64,000 nucleotides of DNA from Archaeoglobus sp. JdFR-37 (GTDB lineage: Archaea > Halobacteriota > Archaeoglobi > Archaeoglobales > Archaeoglobaceae). Under the pieces are notes generated by a model. It was not told the DNA's origin. It was given only the letters and a program-made list of their open reading frames with translations, and ran no database searches. The position numbers and the translations under genes were made by a program. The stretch covers positions 1 to 64,000 of the forward strand of contig MTMY01000004.1 of NCBI GenBank assembly GCA_002010215.1, given 5' to 3'. Position 1 is the first letter of the stretch; the number at the start of each line of letters is the position of its first letter. Below are positions 49,692 through 59,986 of the stretch, in pieces.

Positions 49692-50715
49692 ATCTGGACG
49701 CACCGGACACGCCAGATATGTTGAATCCTACCTTTACGAAAAGCTGGATAGCTCCGTCAAATGCAAAACCTGCATGCACTACTGCACGCTTAAGGATGGT
49801 GCCTGGGGAATATGCAGGGTGAGAAGAAACGAGAGAGGGAGGCTTTTAGTTTTCAACTACGGCCTAGCATCATCAATAGCCCTTGACCCAATAGAGAAGA
49901 AGCCGCTGCACAACTTTAGACCTGGCTCAAAAGTTCTTTCCTTCGGCGGAATAAGCTGTAACTTCCGATGTGTTCACTGCCAGAACTATGAAATCAGCTT
50001 TGCTGACCTAAAGTTCCCGTATCTCAGAGAGCTTGAAGCTGAGGATGTTCTGAAGATGTGCGAGGAAAAGAGAGCTGATGGTGTTGCCTTCACATACAAT
50101 GAGCCAAGTATATGGCATGAGTTCAGTGTTGATGTGGGGAAGCGTATCAAAGATGCTGGATACTACTTCGTTTACGTTACCAACGGATACATAAGCCCTG
50201 AGGCTATAGAACAGCTTAGGGGAATTCTCGATGCAGCCAATGTTGATGTGAAGGCATTCTCTGAGGATTTCTACAGGAAAATCTGTAAAGCGAAGCTTGA
50301 CAGGGTTTTGGAATGCGTAGAATACTTACACAAAGCAGGAGTTTTTCTGGAGATCACCTATCTTATAATCCCAGGAGAAAATGATGATGAGAAGCAACTT
50401 AGAGCCTTTTCGAAGTGGGTAGCAGAGTTAGACAGCAGAATACCTGTTCACTTCTCCAGATTTCACCCAGACTACCAGATGCTGGACAAAAGCCCCACAC
50501 CCATCGAAACCCTTGAAAAAGCTCACTCAATCGCCAGAGAAGAGGGAGTGGAATATGTTTACATAGGAAACGTATGGGGGCATCGTTACGAGAACACCTA
50601 CTGCCCGAAATGTGATGAATTACTGATAATGAGAGAAGGATTCTATGTCAGGAGAATTAATCTTGATGAATATCACTGCCCTAAATGTGGTTACAAACAA
50701 AATATAATTATATGA
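49681..50715 (+). CDS. amrS: AmmeMemoRadiSam system radical SAM enzyme
   Basis: DPIEKKPL.NF.PG, CNFRCVHCQN, FTYNEP, HFSRFHP.Y, YVYIGN..G...ENT.CP.C. Confidence 0.93.
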   Translation: MEARSGRTGHARYVESYLYEKLDSSVKCKTCMHYCTLKDGAWGICRVRRNERGRLLVFNYGLASSIALDPIEKKPLHNFRPGSKVLSFGGISCNFRCVHCQNYEISFADLKFPYLRELEAEDVLKMCEEKRADGVAFTYNEPSIWHEFSVDVGKRIKDAGYYFVYVTNGYISPEAIEQLRGILDAANVDVKAFSEDFYRKICKAKLDRVLECVEYLHKAGVFLEITYLIIPGENDDEKQLRAFSKWVAELDSRIPVHFSRFHPDYQMLDKSPTPIETLEKAHSIAREEGVEYVYIGNVWGHRYENTYCPKCDELLIMREGFYVRRINLDEYHCPKCGYKQNIII

Positions 50716-50789
50716 GTTGCAGACTCTCATATCTAATTCTCATTGCGAAAATCTTAAGTACATCATATTCATCATAATAATCAGGTGAG

Positions 50790-51140
50790 ATGATGAAAAT
50801 TCTGGTTGTCGACGATGACTACGCAATGAGGGATCTGTTAAAGCTTATGCTGAAAGATCACGAAGTCTATGAAGCAGAAAACGGAAGGGAGGCCATTGAA
50901 GTTTTCAGAAACATTAAGCCAGATATTGTTTTGATGGATATAATGATGCCAGAAATGGATGGAATTACTGCAACTCAAGAACTTCTCAAAATGGATAGTA
51001 AAACGGTAGTCATAGGTGTTACAGCCTTTGCATCCCACAAAGGACGTGAAATCTTAAAAGCCGGAGCCAGAGATGTGATTGAGAAGCCATTTACCAAAAA
51101 GAAGCTGATTGAAACGCTAACGAAGTATGTTAACAAATAA
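50790..51140 (+). CDS. stand-alone response regulator receiver protein
   Basis: ILVVDDD, MDIMMPEMDG, TA, KPF. Confidence 0.95.
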   Translation: MMKILVVDDDYAMRDLLKLMLKDHEVYEAENGREAIEVFRNIKPDIVLMDIMMPEMDGITATQELLKMDSKTVVIGVTAFASHKGREILKAGARDVIEKPFTKKKLIETLTKYVNK

Positions 51141-52140
51141 ATCTGACAAAAAGAGGCTCATAGACGCTTTCCTTATTTTGTCATTCGTTCTGGTATTTCT
51201 GACTATCCGGAGTGTCTCTGATCCCAGAGAGACTATACCGATAGGTAGAGTTCTTACTGAAAGTGCTCTGCTGTCATTCGCCCTGTCTGTATATGTAATC
51301 TCCAGAAGATACAGCAGAATACTCATAACATTCGGTTTTGGTCTGCTAGCTCTAGGAATATTCACCCATATAATCTCTGAATACTTTTTCACTGCTGACG
51401 AGAGTGTGATGATATCAGAGATTATGATGCTCACCAGTGGATTCATACTTCTGTATTCTTTCATGAAGCTTTACAGAGAGATGAGAGATCTAAATGGGAA
51501 ACTTGAGACAATGGTAACATTTTTGAAGATTTTAAATTCATCACTACGCCACGATATACTGAACAGCCTGACGGTAATTCTGGGATATCTTGAATTTTAT
51601 AGGGAGAACAAAGACGAGTTTTTACTGGAAAAGATAGAGGAAAAACTGAGGTATATAGAGAAGTCTTTACAGAATTTCAAAACTGCTGAGTCCCTTGTAG
51701 GTGGTGAAAACAGTCAGATCAATCTTCGGGAGCTTGTGGAAGATGTAGCTCAGGATTTCGCAGGAGAAGCAAAGATATCTGTCAGAGTTGAAGACGTGTA
51801 TGTAGTGGGAAACAGTCTGCTTAAATCTGCTATCTGGAACATCTTTCAGAACTCCATCAGGCACGGTGGGAAGTCGGGGATAAAGATAGAGGTTCGAAGT
51901 GAGGACTTAGGCAGTCATGTAGATCTGATAATAACAGACAACGGAGTTGGGATACCCAAAAGCATCAGGGAAAAGGTGTTTGAAGAGGGTTTCTCCTTTG
52001 GGAGCACTGCAGGAAGCGGAATGGGGTTGTTTATAGTCAAGAAAACCGTGGAGATGTTTGATGGCAAGGTTTTCATTGATAGTAATGAACCTGAGGGGAC
52101 GAAATTCATTATCAGACTCAAAAAAGCGGTGGTTTCATGA
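51127..52140 (+). CDS. membrane-bound sensor histidine kinase
   Basis: About 4 N-terminal TM segments; LRHDILN (H box), NS.RHG (N box), DNGVGIP, G.GMGL. Confidence 0.93.
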   Translation: MLTNKSDKKRLIDAFLILSFVLVFLTIRSVSDPRETIPIGRVLTESALLSFALSVYVISRRYSRILITFGFGLLALGIFTHIISEYFFTADESVMISEIMMLTSGFILLYSFMKLYREMRDLNGKLETMVTFLKILNSSLRHDILNSLTVILGYLEFYRENKDEFLLEKIEEKLRYIEKSLQNFKTAESLVGGENSQINLRELVEDVAQDFAGEAKISVRVEDVYVVGNSLLKSAIWNIFQNSIRHGGKSGIKIEVRSEDLGSHVDLIITDNGVGIPKSIREKVFEEGFSFGSTAGSGMGLFIVKKTVEMFDGKVFIDSNEPEGTKFIIRLKKAVVS

Positions 52141-54431
52141 CCGACTTTGCCATTATAAATGTGGGTGGCTCTATCAAGCTCAATGATGCTGCAACTAGAA
52201 TTATTGGGGAACCAAAATCTATAGAAGACATCTTCAAAGGATTCGAGGAATTCGAAGGTGGAGAAAAGCTCATAAGAGCCCTAAAGCTGAGATTGAACAC
52301 CCCAGCTCCACCCAGATATTTCATATCTTGGAAAGGCAACAGATGCTACCTAATATTGATTGAAGGTGTCAAAAATATCAGAATATCCCTTGTGGACATT
52401 ACCGAATTGGCTGAAGAAAAGAAGAGATCTGAAGAGACGGTAAATCTTCTGAAGTCCACCATCAACATTCTTGATGATGCTCTATTAATCGCAAAAAATG
52501 ATATTATTATTGAGATGAATGACCAGGCTGAGAAGATTTTTGGAAAAGTAAAGAATAAAAATCTCTCAAAACTTGGAATCTCTCCTGGACAGATTACGGC
52601 CAATGGGAGAGTTATTAACGTAAAATTCTGGAAAAGTGGAGAATACACTGTAATACTCATGGAAGATATAACTGAGCTTTCAAATCTCAGAGAGGATTAT
52701 AAAAAAAGGAGAGAATTGTACCATGCAATTTTTCGCTCATCTCCAGATTTGATATACGTCACAACTCTGGATGGAGAGATCATAGACGTAACACCAAATG
52801 TAGAGGCTATCTTAAATTACAGAATCGACGAATTCAAGTATCTCAACGCTCAAGACCTGTATTTTAACCCTGATGATCGAAGGAGATTCTTAGAGGAATT
52901 GGCAAAAAAGGGGTTTGTAAGAAACTTTGAAATTGTTTACAAAAAGAAAAACGGTGAGCCAGTTTACTGCCTTGAGTCCGCAACACTCCTTGAGAAGAAT
53001 CTGATAGTCGGGTTTATACGGGACATCACCCCTTTAATCGAGTACCAACAGAAAATAGAAGAACTGGGAGAAAGATACCGCACTCTCTTAGACAATTCAC
53101 CAGCCGGTATCCTATTAATCAAAGATGGGAAGATAATATATGGAAATCCTGCCATGGAAACTATAACCGGTTATTCCCTTACAGATCTTGTTGGAAGAAG
53201 ATTTGACCGCATAGCTAAGCGTATTTTTGGAAGAGAAGCTTTTGAAGATAAGACTGAGGTCCGATTCAAAGGTAAAGGAAAAGAGGGGTGGGTTATTGTA
53301 AAATTCACTCCTGTCAGTTCAAATGAGAAAGTATGCACAATTGTAGATGTGACTGAAATCAAAAAAGCCCATGATGGGCTAATCAGATCCGAATCATTAT
53401 TAAGAAGCTTATTCAACAGCATTTCGGACCCAATTTTTTATATTGGTCCAGATAAAACCATTCTAATGCAGAATGATGCTGCCATCAAGCTTTTTGGGAA
53501 TTGTATAACGAGGAGGTGCAGTGAAGTTCTAAAGTCGAATTGTTCCAAGTGTATGGTCGAGACCAGTTTGAGAAAAAGGATTAGTGAAAGTAAGCTATAT
53601 ACGATTTCTGGAAAAACCTACGAAGCTTTTTCGTTTCCAGTAGTGATCAAGGACAGAGTTTCAGGAGCCATTATCCACATGAGAGATGTCACAACCAAGC
53701 TTAAAGTAGAGGAGGAACTAAAAAAGAAAAATACTGTTCTTGAAGCAATAACCAAAATTAACAAAGCAATTGTCAGAGAAAAGAAACCAGAAAAAATTGT
53801 TGAAGAGGCATGCGCTTATCTTGGGGAGATAAAGGATTATACAATAGTCTGGGCCACATTCCTACATGGGAAAAATTTTGTAGGAGTACCTAATAAAAAA
53901 ATTCCTCCTGAACTGTTAACCTTTAAAATTGGTGACGGTTGTATTGCTTTAGAAGAGTCAATTAAAGCCAGAAAACCGATATATGTAAGATGTATCACTC
54001 CCAGATGCATGACCTGCCCTGTTATGAAGAGATTTAAACACAAATACGACTTTGCTATACCTCTCACTTTCAAGGAAAAAATATATGGGGTTCTGGTTGT
54101 CTCAACTCTCAAAACTCTTTCTGATGATGAGATTGAAATCTTTTCATCACTTGGTGAAGATCTAAGTTATGCAATTTACTCGAAGGAAGTTGAAGCACAT
54201 AGAGTTGAAGCCATACAACAGCTCAAATCCAATCTTGGCCACTTTGAATACCTTTCAGACAGACTCAGAAATCCCATTTCGGTTATTCTGGGATACCTTG
54301 AGATGAGAGATGAACTGGGCAACGAACAGGTGTTGAAGGTTGTGGAAGAGCAGACAAAAAAGATGATGGATATTCTGGAAGAACTGAGAAAAGAAGAAAT
54401 AAAGACCTCAGATATCATAAGGATGTTTTGA
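52137..54431 (+). CDS. multi-PAS/GAF sensor with degenerate HisKA-like tail and no HATPase domain
   Basis: Several PAS/PAC repeats (RDIT, VDVT, RDVT), a GAF-like region and C-terminal LSDRLRNPISVILG. Confidence 0.85.
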   Translation: MTDFAIINVGGSIKLNDAATRIIGEPKSIEDIFKGFEEFEGGEKLIRALKLRLNTPAPPRYFISWKGNRCYLILIEGVKNIRISLVDITELAEEKKRSEETVNLLKSTINILDDALLIAKNDIIIEMNDQAEKIFGKVKNKNLSKLGISPGQITANGRVINVKFWKSGEYTVILMEDITELSNLREDYKKRRELYHAIFRSSPDLIYVTTLDGEIIDVTPNVEAILNYRIDEFKYLNAQDLYFNPDDRRRFLEELAKKGFVRNFEIVYKKKNGEPVYCLESATLLEKNLIVGFIRDITPLIEYQQKIEELGERYRTLLDNSPAGILLIKDGKIIYGNPAMETITGYSLTDLVGRRFDRIAKRIFGREAFEDKTEVRFKGKGKEGWVIVKFTPVSSNEKVCTIVDVTEIKKAHDGLIRSESLLRSLFNSISDPIFYIGPDKTILMQNDAAIKLFGNCITRRCSEVLKSNCSKCMVETSLRKRISESKLYTISGKTYEAFSFPVVIKDRVSGAIIHMRDVTTKLKVEEELKKKNTVLEAITKINKAIVREKKPEKIVEEACAYLGEIKDYTIVWATFLHGKNFVGVPNKKIPPELLTFKIGDGCIALEESIKARKPIYVRCITPRCMTCPVMKRFKHKYDFAIPLTFKEKIYGVLVVSTLKTLSDDEIEIFSSLGEDLSYAIYSKEVEAHRVEAIQQLKSNLGHFEYLSDRLRNPISVILGYLEMRDELGNEQVLKVVEEQTKKMMDILEELRKEEIKTSDIIRMF

Positions 54432-54484
54432 CTTGCCTTATAGTTTGTATGGCCTAATGGTTCGAATTATTCCAAATTATGTTA

Positions 54485-55102
54485 TCATACTTTCCCTGAA
54501 AGAAGTGCCAAAGCCAAATCCCTATTATTGAATTCATCAATGCTGTAATTATCCCAGAAGACACAGGTTCCTATTACCACCACTTCTCCGCCATTCACAT
54601 CCTCATGGGATGCAAAAATGGCATCAAAGCCCTTGGTGCTTTTGGACGAATCGCTACCCACAATGACTGCCTCACCTCCAGATACACTGGAGCAACACGG
54701 CATCAGGACTTTTTCATTTCTCCACAGAGCCAGAGGATACATGGAATCGCTTTTGTTAAATTCTTCATCTATTATCACATCATTGTTTATTCTAAGTTCT
54801 GAGTCCAGCCGTTTCAGCACGTTATTGATGATGAATGTCACATTGTCCAAATTGTTGTAATAAGAGGCAAAAACCACAGTTTTCCCCTTTCGAAGCCATC
54901 CTCTTATTCTACTAGCCTCTCTAATCTTGAACCGAATTTCAGGGTAGTTGAAGACAATTATGTCGTATTTTTCCAGCCTTGAGAAGCTTCCTACTGTTTC
55001 AATCTGAATTCCCTCTGATTCTGCAATGCTTTTGAGCTTGGAGAAATAATAGTGATCATTGATCAAGAACTCGCCATGGGTTGCATCCCATCCAACTTTC
55101 AT
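54485..55102 (-). CDS. hypothetical protein, class I GATase-like/DUF4350-like fold
   Basis: WDATHGE, YDIIVFNYPE, G.VVVIG...W.N......N..LA. Confidence 0.65.
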   Translation of the reverse strand: MKVGWDATHGEFLINDHYYFSKLKSIAESEGIQIETVGSFSRLEKYDIIVFNYPEIRFKIREASRIRGWLRKGKTVVFASYYNNLDNVTFIINNVLKRLDSELRINNDVIIDEEFNKSDSMYPLALWRNEKVLMPCCSSVSGGEAVIVGSDSSKSTKGFDAIFASHEDVNGGEVVVIGTCVFWDNYSIDEFNNRDLALALLSGKV

Positions 55103-55265
55103 CTGGAGAGTTGTGAAAAGAGATGAAATAAGAAGTTTCCCATTTGCATGGTGTTAATTTCGTTCATAAACGTTCCATGCTGAGGTTTATGGAAATCAAA
55201 ACTTCAGGAACAGGGAATCCATTTTACCGAAACGTTTTTAAGCATTTTTTCCAGCCAATCTTTGG

Positions 55266-55336
55266 GCGCGGGTAGTCTAGTGGCAGGACAACGGCTTTCC
55301 GAGCCGTTAGCCCGGGTTCAAATCCCGGCCCGCGCA
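55266..55336 (+). tRNA. tRNA-Gly(TCC)
   Basis: Acceptor GCGCGGG/CCCGCGC, anticodon arm ACGGC-TTTCCGA-GCCGT, T arm; BRE/TATA-like CGAAACGTTTTTAAG upstream. Confidence 0.97.
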
Positions 55337-55339
55337 TTA

Positions 55340-55614
55340 TCATGCCTGAGCTCCAGATCGTTAACGATTGCAGTTGCTGCGATTAGATGTTTCTGTCGTC
55401 TAAAATCTTCCCACCATTTCTCAACTCAACCCAGATTGAAGCAGCTTTACTAATCACCCTGTTGTCGTGAAAAAGGACAGTAAAACCCTCTTCCTCCTTT
55501 ATTTCCAGATAGCTCTTTACAAATTCCCCGAGAGAGTTGTCCTAATCCTCACTGCCTTTTAGGATTTTGAATAAATCCTTAGTTTCTTCTTTGAGCGTAA
55601 TTGTAGTTGGACAT
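55340..55614 (-). pseudogene. decayed vapBC remnant (antitoxin N-terminus joined to PIN-toxin C-terminus)
   Basis: Manual translation: TTITLKEETKDLFKILKGSED*...SYLEIK, then FTVLFHDNRVISKAASIWVELRNGGKILDDR / frameshift / LIAATAIVNDLEL. Confidence 0.7.
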
Positions 55615-55745
55615 AGTAATTGCCAATTGATTATTCATTTATCATTATCAGGATATACAATATTTTATACTAAATTTATATCAGCTATTCTGGTATAGGC
55701 AATTGCAGTCCTATCGTAAACGAACCCATCAAAACTCCAAACTCG

Positions 55746-56167
55746 TCAGAAATTTAAATTATCAACTTCAAACACCAAATTTACGACTTTGCTGGGCTGA
55801 ACGTAAGCTTTTTCTGCATAATTTCTGGTATAGAGCCTCTGTGGAGGTGGTCCCATCTCCTCATCCCTGTACGTGCTAAGCCCCCTTTCTCTTATCAGCC
55901 ACCTTGATACCGAAGCCATCTCCCCAATCTCGTTCTGAAACCACTCGGGAAATCTTTCTCTGTTTTCGATCAATATTACCCCCATATCACGTCACTTCGG
56001 GGTTCTGTGTCAACCAATCTCAGAGCAGCCTTTAATGACAGCTCCACCGCCTCCTAACACTGCATTATGCAGTACGCATATCCCCCATCATCCAGCGAAA
56101 GCTTGGCGGTTTTGATTCTCCTCACAGCTTCCCCCATGTATGCTTTCGCCATCTCAATGTTACTCAA
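55746..56167 (-). pseudogene. HEPN domain protein pseudogene
   Basis: MSNIEMAKAYMGEAVRRIKTAK...YAYCIMQC*EAVELSLKAALRLV (in-frame TAG), then a frameshift into ORF 55746-55985. Confidence 0.8.
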
Positions 56168-56642
56168 TTTCTATTACCTCCCCAAACCTGTAGTCATCTT
56201 TTAATTTCCAGTACCACATCTTTCCAACTCTGACTCTCTTAGCCTTCAGCTCTTTCAGCCTCCTTTGAGCGTTTCCAGAATATTCGTGAAGAAACCGTCT
56301 TTATCATAGAGTATCAAGGCATTGTCAACCATATCCAGATAAAGTGCAGAGATAATCATTGCTTCTCCCTCGATTTGATTATCGGGCTTATGAATGTGCT
56401 ATACCCTTTACACCTCAATTTTTTCAACAGATATTCTATTTCCTTTTCTGAATCTTCAGAGAGCTTAAATCGATAGTACCTGCCCTCAGGTAAATCATCT
56501 GCTACTATGAGAAGATCATATCACATCCCTTCTCGCTTTTCCCCCTTGCAACGGAACCATAAACCACTAGGCTGACTAGACTAAAGTGCTTCTTCAAGCT
56601 TTCTAGAAGTTTGCCCATGACTTCTTTGTAAGGCTGCCTCAT
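56160..56642 (-). pseudogene. minimal nucleotidyltransferase (MNT) antitoxin pseudogene
   Basis: MRQPYKEV...VVYGSVARGKARRD / DLLIVADDLP...SPIIKS / LYLDMVDNALILYDKDGFF / RLKELKAKRVRVGKMWYW; several frameshifts. Confidence 0.82.
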
Positions 56643-56722
56643 TAATCAAGATTAGAAACAGTGTAGTAAAAAAGTCTTTTCTTATTCAAAAATAAAATAT
56701 AAAAAAGTTAAAAATTTAGGTT

Positions 56723-59230
56723 TTACTGCCTCCTCCTGAGGAGGTAGGCTACTGCCAGCAGTCCAGCAATTGCAAATACTGCTTCAAAGCCTGGTGTCTT
56801 GGGTTTGGGTGTCGGGGTCGGGGTTGGTGTGGGTGTCGGGGTCGGGGTTGGTGTGGGTGTCGGGGTCGGGGTTGGTGTGGGTGTCGGGGTCGGGGTTGGT
56901 GTGATTTCCTCGACGACCTTTACCTCATACGGTCCAAGGAGTATGTCGTCAGACATCTTGTATTCTTTAGCTGTTGAATCTGCTGGATCCAAGCTGTAGA
57001 ACTGTGCTTTCCAGTCGACAGAATTGTCCTCAGTTCCCATTGTATCTCTGACATATATCTTGTAGGTGCCATAGTCAAGACCGAAGGTCTCGTATATTGC
57101 CTCTGCGGTTCCGTTTTCATCTACATAGAGTGTCTGTGGGAATACCTGGTTGGGTGTTACGAGGAATGCATACAGTTTGTCGTATCCTTCCGCTCTGTTG
57201 GTGGTGACCTTGACCACAATCTGGTCTCCCTTCACAACCTCTGCAGGAATTTCGACGCTAATCTCCGGGTTCACAACGTTGATTGTTATTGTGCTCTTCT
57301 CAACAACCGTGGTTCCTCTGAGCAGTGAGACATCGAGCTTGTACATGCCTGTTGCAAGCATCTTCTCTCCGCTCTCATTCAGCTCATTGCTTGTGTCAAG
57401 CTTGGCCCAGAGTGTGGCGGTGAACAATCCAGCCTCTTCGCTATCCTCGGTGAACGTAACATCAGAGCTGATGCCATTTCCGCTGAATGTAGCACTGATG
57501 CTGGCGAAACCGCTCTTTGGAACATTAACTTTCAGTTCAACATCTACTGAGCCGCCCTTTACAAGTGTCAATTCGCTTGGTACATCCTCGAAGCTGATAT
57601 CAATGACTGTCACGTAAAGCACTGCCTGTGGGTCAGCAACTGGGTCAATCTGGCTTGCATTGGTGGGTGCGAAGAAGTACAGAGTGTATGTTGCAAGCTG
57701 TGCAGTGTCAGACACCGTAATATCCACTTCACTATCTGAGGTGTTGTAGTATCCAGCGGTCGAGAATGCTGTTGTTGGACTTGGCAATTTGGCTATATCG
57801 GTTGTATCAACTTTGAATACTCCTGATTTACTTGCGAATACGTACACTACATCAGCGGTTGTGTCGAAAGTAACTGTGAACGTGTCACCAATCAATACTG
57901 TTGTCTTGTCTACAGAAACGCTAAGCTTCTGTCTTACGACCTTTATGTTCACAGAATCCTTGACATCATATGCTGTTGCATTTGCCGTTACCTTGTAAGT
58001 CCTGAGTTTGGCGTCACTTCCAAAGGTGACCTCGAAGGAGAATTCACCGTTTGCATCCACATAGACTGTGTTCGCAGATAGTGTAACACCGGTTGTGTCA
58101 TCAACTTCAATTGATATGGGTGTTCCTGCTGGCAGGGTTGTAGTACCCGTAACGGTAACTTTTTCACCTCTTGCAACGGTTGTTGCATCAGCAGTTATAT
58201 CAAGCGTTGGGTCGACTACTTCAATGCTCACGTCGTCCTCTTCAGACACGACACCATTTGTCACATTGACATTAAGCTTGTAGGTGCCTGTGTCCCATGC
58301 GAATAGTGCGCTTATTGTGAAACTTGCCTCACCATCATCAATAGTTGCGGTACCATTCTGCACATCTACACCATCTGGGTCTGTAAGATTCCATATGACA
58401 ATGTTATCGCCACCGACATCATAGTCACCTCCAGAATCTGCAACGTTTGTTCTGACTACCACATCAAGGTCTGCACCCCTTGCAACCTGATCAGCCTCTG
58501 GAACGATTTCTATCGTTGGATCTTCAATTGTAATTGTCTGGGTTACTGAATTTGAATCACTGCCAGCAACAGCTTTTACCTTCAAGCTGTAAGCACCAGT
58601 TGTTCCATTGTACGGTGCTTGGAAGAACACATTAGTGTCAATTGGAATGTTTTTGAATATGACACTATAATTGTTAGCTGTCACAGCATTGTCCTTATTG
58701 GCAATGTTTGCTTTCGTTCCGTTGACACCACTCTCATTGAACATTTCTGGACCATTGAATGGACCATTTACAGTTATGTTGACGTCTGTAATGTTTTTGT
58801 GGTAATAGATCTCAACATCAAATATTAGATAATCTCCTTGCACAACCTCTGAATTGTCAACAGTAAGAATGATGTATGGCTCACCGAAAGTTACGTTAAA
58901 TGTTGTATTTGCTACTTCACTTCCTGTGGCATTTTCTAAGGATACATAGTACCTGCCAGGATACCACTCTTTTTCGTCAGTGTCGTATGTATATGAGTAG
59001 ATACCTACACCAGATCCAACTACAAGGATTTCTGTATCATCTGTTCCAAGATTCTTGAGTTTTAGTGTAAAAGCGCCGCTTTCGTCCCAGTAAACTTTGA
59101 ATGTTACTGGGTCGCCGTAAAGAATATCAGTATCTGATACAGTAACATCTTTAGCAGCACTCGCCGTTGCCATTGTCATCAATAGAACCGCTAACACCGC
59201 AATTCCTACTTTCACTTTTCCTTTACTCAT
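56723..59230 (-). CDS. S-layer/major cell-surface glycoprotein with PGF-CTERM sorting signal
   Basis: Signal peptide, beta-rich repeats, many NxS/T sequons, (TP)n linker, TPGFEAVFAIAGLLAVAYLLRRRQ. Confidence 0.88.
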   Translation of the reverse strand: MSKGKVKVGIAVLAVLLMTMATASAAKDVTVSDTDILYGDPVTFKVYWDESGAFTLKLKNLGTDDTEILVVGSGVGIYSYTYDTDEKEWYPGRYYVSLENATGSEVANTTFNVTFGEPYIILTVDNSEVVQGDYLIFDVEIYYHKNITDVNITVNGPFNGPEMFNESGVNGTKANIANKDNAVTANNYSVIFKNIPIDTNVFFQAPYNGTTGAYSLKVKAVAGSDSNSVTQTITIEDPTIEIVPEADQVARGADLDVVVRTNVADSGGDYDVGGDNIVIWNLTDPDGVDVQNGTATIDDGEASFTISALFAWDTGTYKLNVNVTNGVVSEEDDVSIEVVDPTLDITADATTVARGEKVTVTGTTTLPAGTPISIEVDDTTGVTLSANTVYVDANGEFSFEVTFGSDAKLRTYKVTANATAYDVKDSVNIKVVRQKLSVSVDKTTVLIGDTFTVTFDTTADVVYVFASKSGVFKVDTTDIAKLPSPTTAFSTAGYYNTSDSEVDITVSDTAQLATYTLYFFAPTNASQIDPVADPQAVLYVTVIDISFEDVPSELTLVKGGSVDVELKVNVPKSGFASISATFSGNGISSDVTFTEDSEEAGLFTATLWAKLDTSNELNESGEKMLATGMYKLDVSLLRGTTVVEKSTITINVVNPEISVEIPAEVVKGDQIVVKVTTNRAEGYDKLYAFLVTPNQVFPQTLYVDENGTAEAIYETFGLDYGTYKIYVRDTMGTEDNSVDWKAQFYSLDPADSTAKEYKMSDDILLGPYEVKVVEEITPTPTPTPTPTPTPTPTPTPTPTPTPTPTPTPKPKTPGFEAVFAIAGLLAVAYLLRRRQ
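56808..56903. repeat. perfect 24-bp tandem repeat x4 encoding the Thr-Pro linker
   Basis: (ggtgtcggggtcggggttggtgtg)x4. Confidence 0.95.
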
Positions 59231-59303
59231 ACTTTCTCTACCTCCTTACTTCAAAACTCTGCTGCTTTTCCTTTACCTTCTGCTATATAAACTCTACTTT
59301 TTC

Positions 59304-59386
59304 GTGGGCGACGAAGATAGCTTCGGCAATCGCCCAGCTACCCCCGCCGCCACCTACCTTTTAATAAAACTAAAAGCATATTTAAA
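59304..59386 (-). promoter_or_regulatory. S-layer gene promoter and GC-rich leader hairpin
   Basis: Minus-strand TTTAAATA at 59379-59386 with a purine-rich BRE-like run; hairpin 59304-59353 whose G-U pairs form only on the minus strand. Confidence 0.7.
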
Positions 59387-59986
59387 TTTTTTGCTCCTTT
59401 TTGGGTGCAGAAGGCAGCATGGTATGCTTGATGAGTTCTGATTCGTTGCTGGGGGCATAGATGTGAAATGGGATGTGAATTCGTCCATGTGTCTTTCAGA
59501 GCAGACATGCCAATATGTCTCAATCTGACTCTTTTACTGAAAAACAGAGATATTTGTTTCAGCAGATTCGAAAAGTATTCGATGGCTAATTCCTTTCGAT
59601 GTAACAGTTATGGCCGATAGTGTTTACATCAGAATATATTTACCAGCTCTCACCAACTCTTTCACCGTTTTGCAAACATCTTACGATTTTCAAATTCAAT
59701 ACTGGGGTCCACCTATACATTCCGAATTTCATTTATACTCTTTGTATATTTTGCACTTGAAATAGGATGGATGAGGAGGGACGTGAAGCATTACATTACT
59801 TTTAAAACACCATCAAAATTTCTTCTCCAAGTTAGATAGAAATCTCCAGATCTATAAATTCCACAAACCTCAGACTATTCGACATATGTGGAGGAAGTCT
59901 TAGGAGATTTTTGTCTTGATCAAAATTAATAAAAAAGATAAATAAAGACAAAAAGATGTGAAAATTTTTATCTCCAATGCCTGAAA

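Noticed and set aside
5669..55336. The two near-identical tRNA-Gly genes as attL/attR of a 50-kb island
   Set aside because: Both are complete isoacceptors with different anticodons and acceptor stems, and the interval holds essential ribosomal and replication genes
55262..55453. 63-aa plus-strand ORF
   Set aside because: It overlaps tRNA-Gly(TCC) and is spurious
59390..59986. Degraded gene upstream of the S-layer promoter
   Set aside because: Only short open fragments on the minus strand with no recognisable family signature
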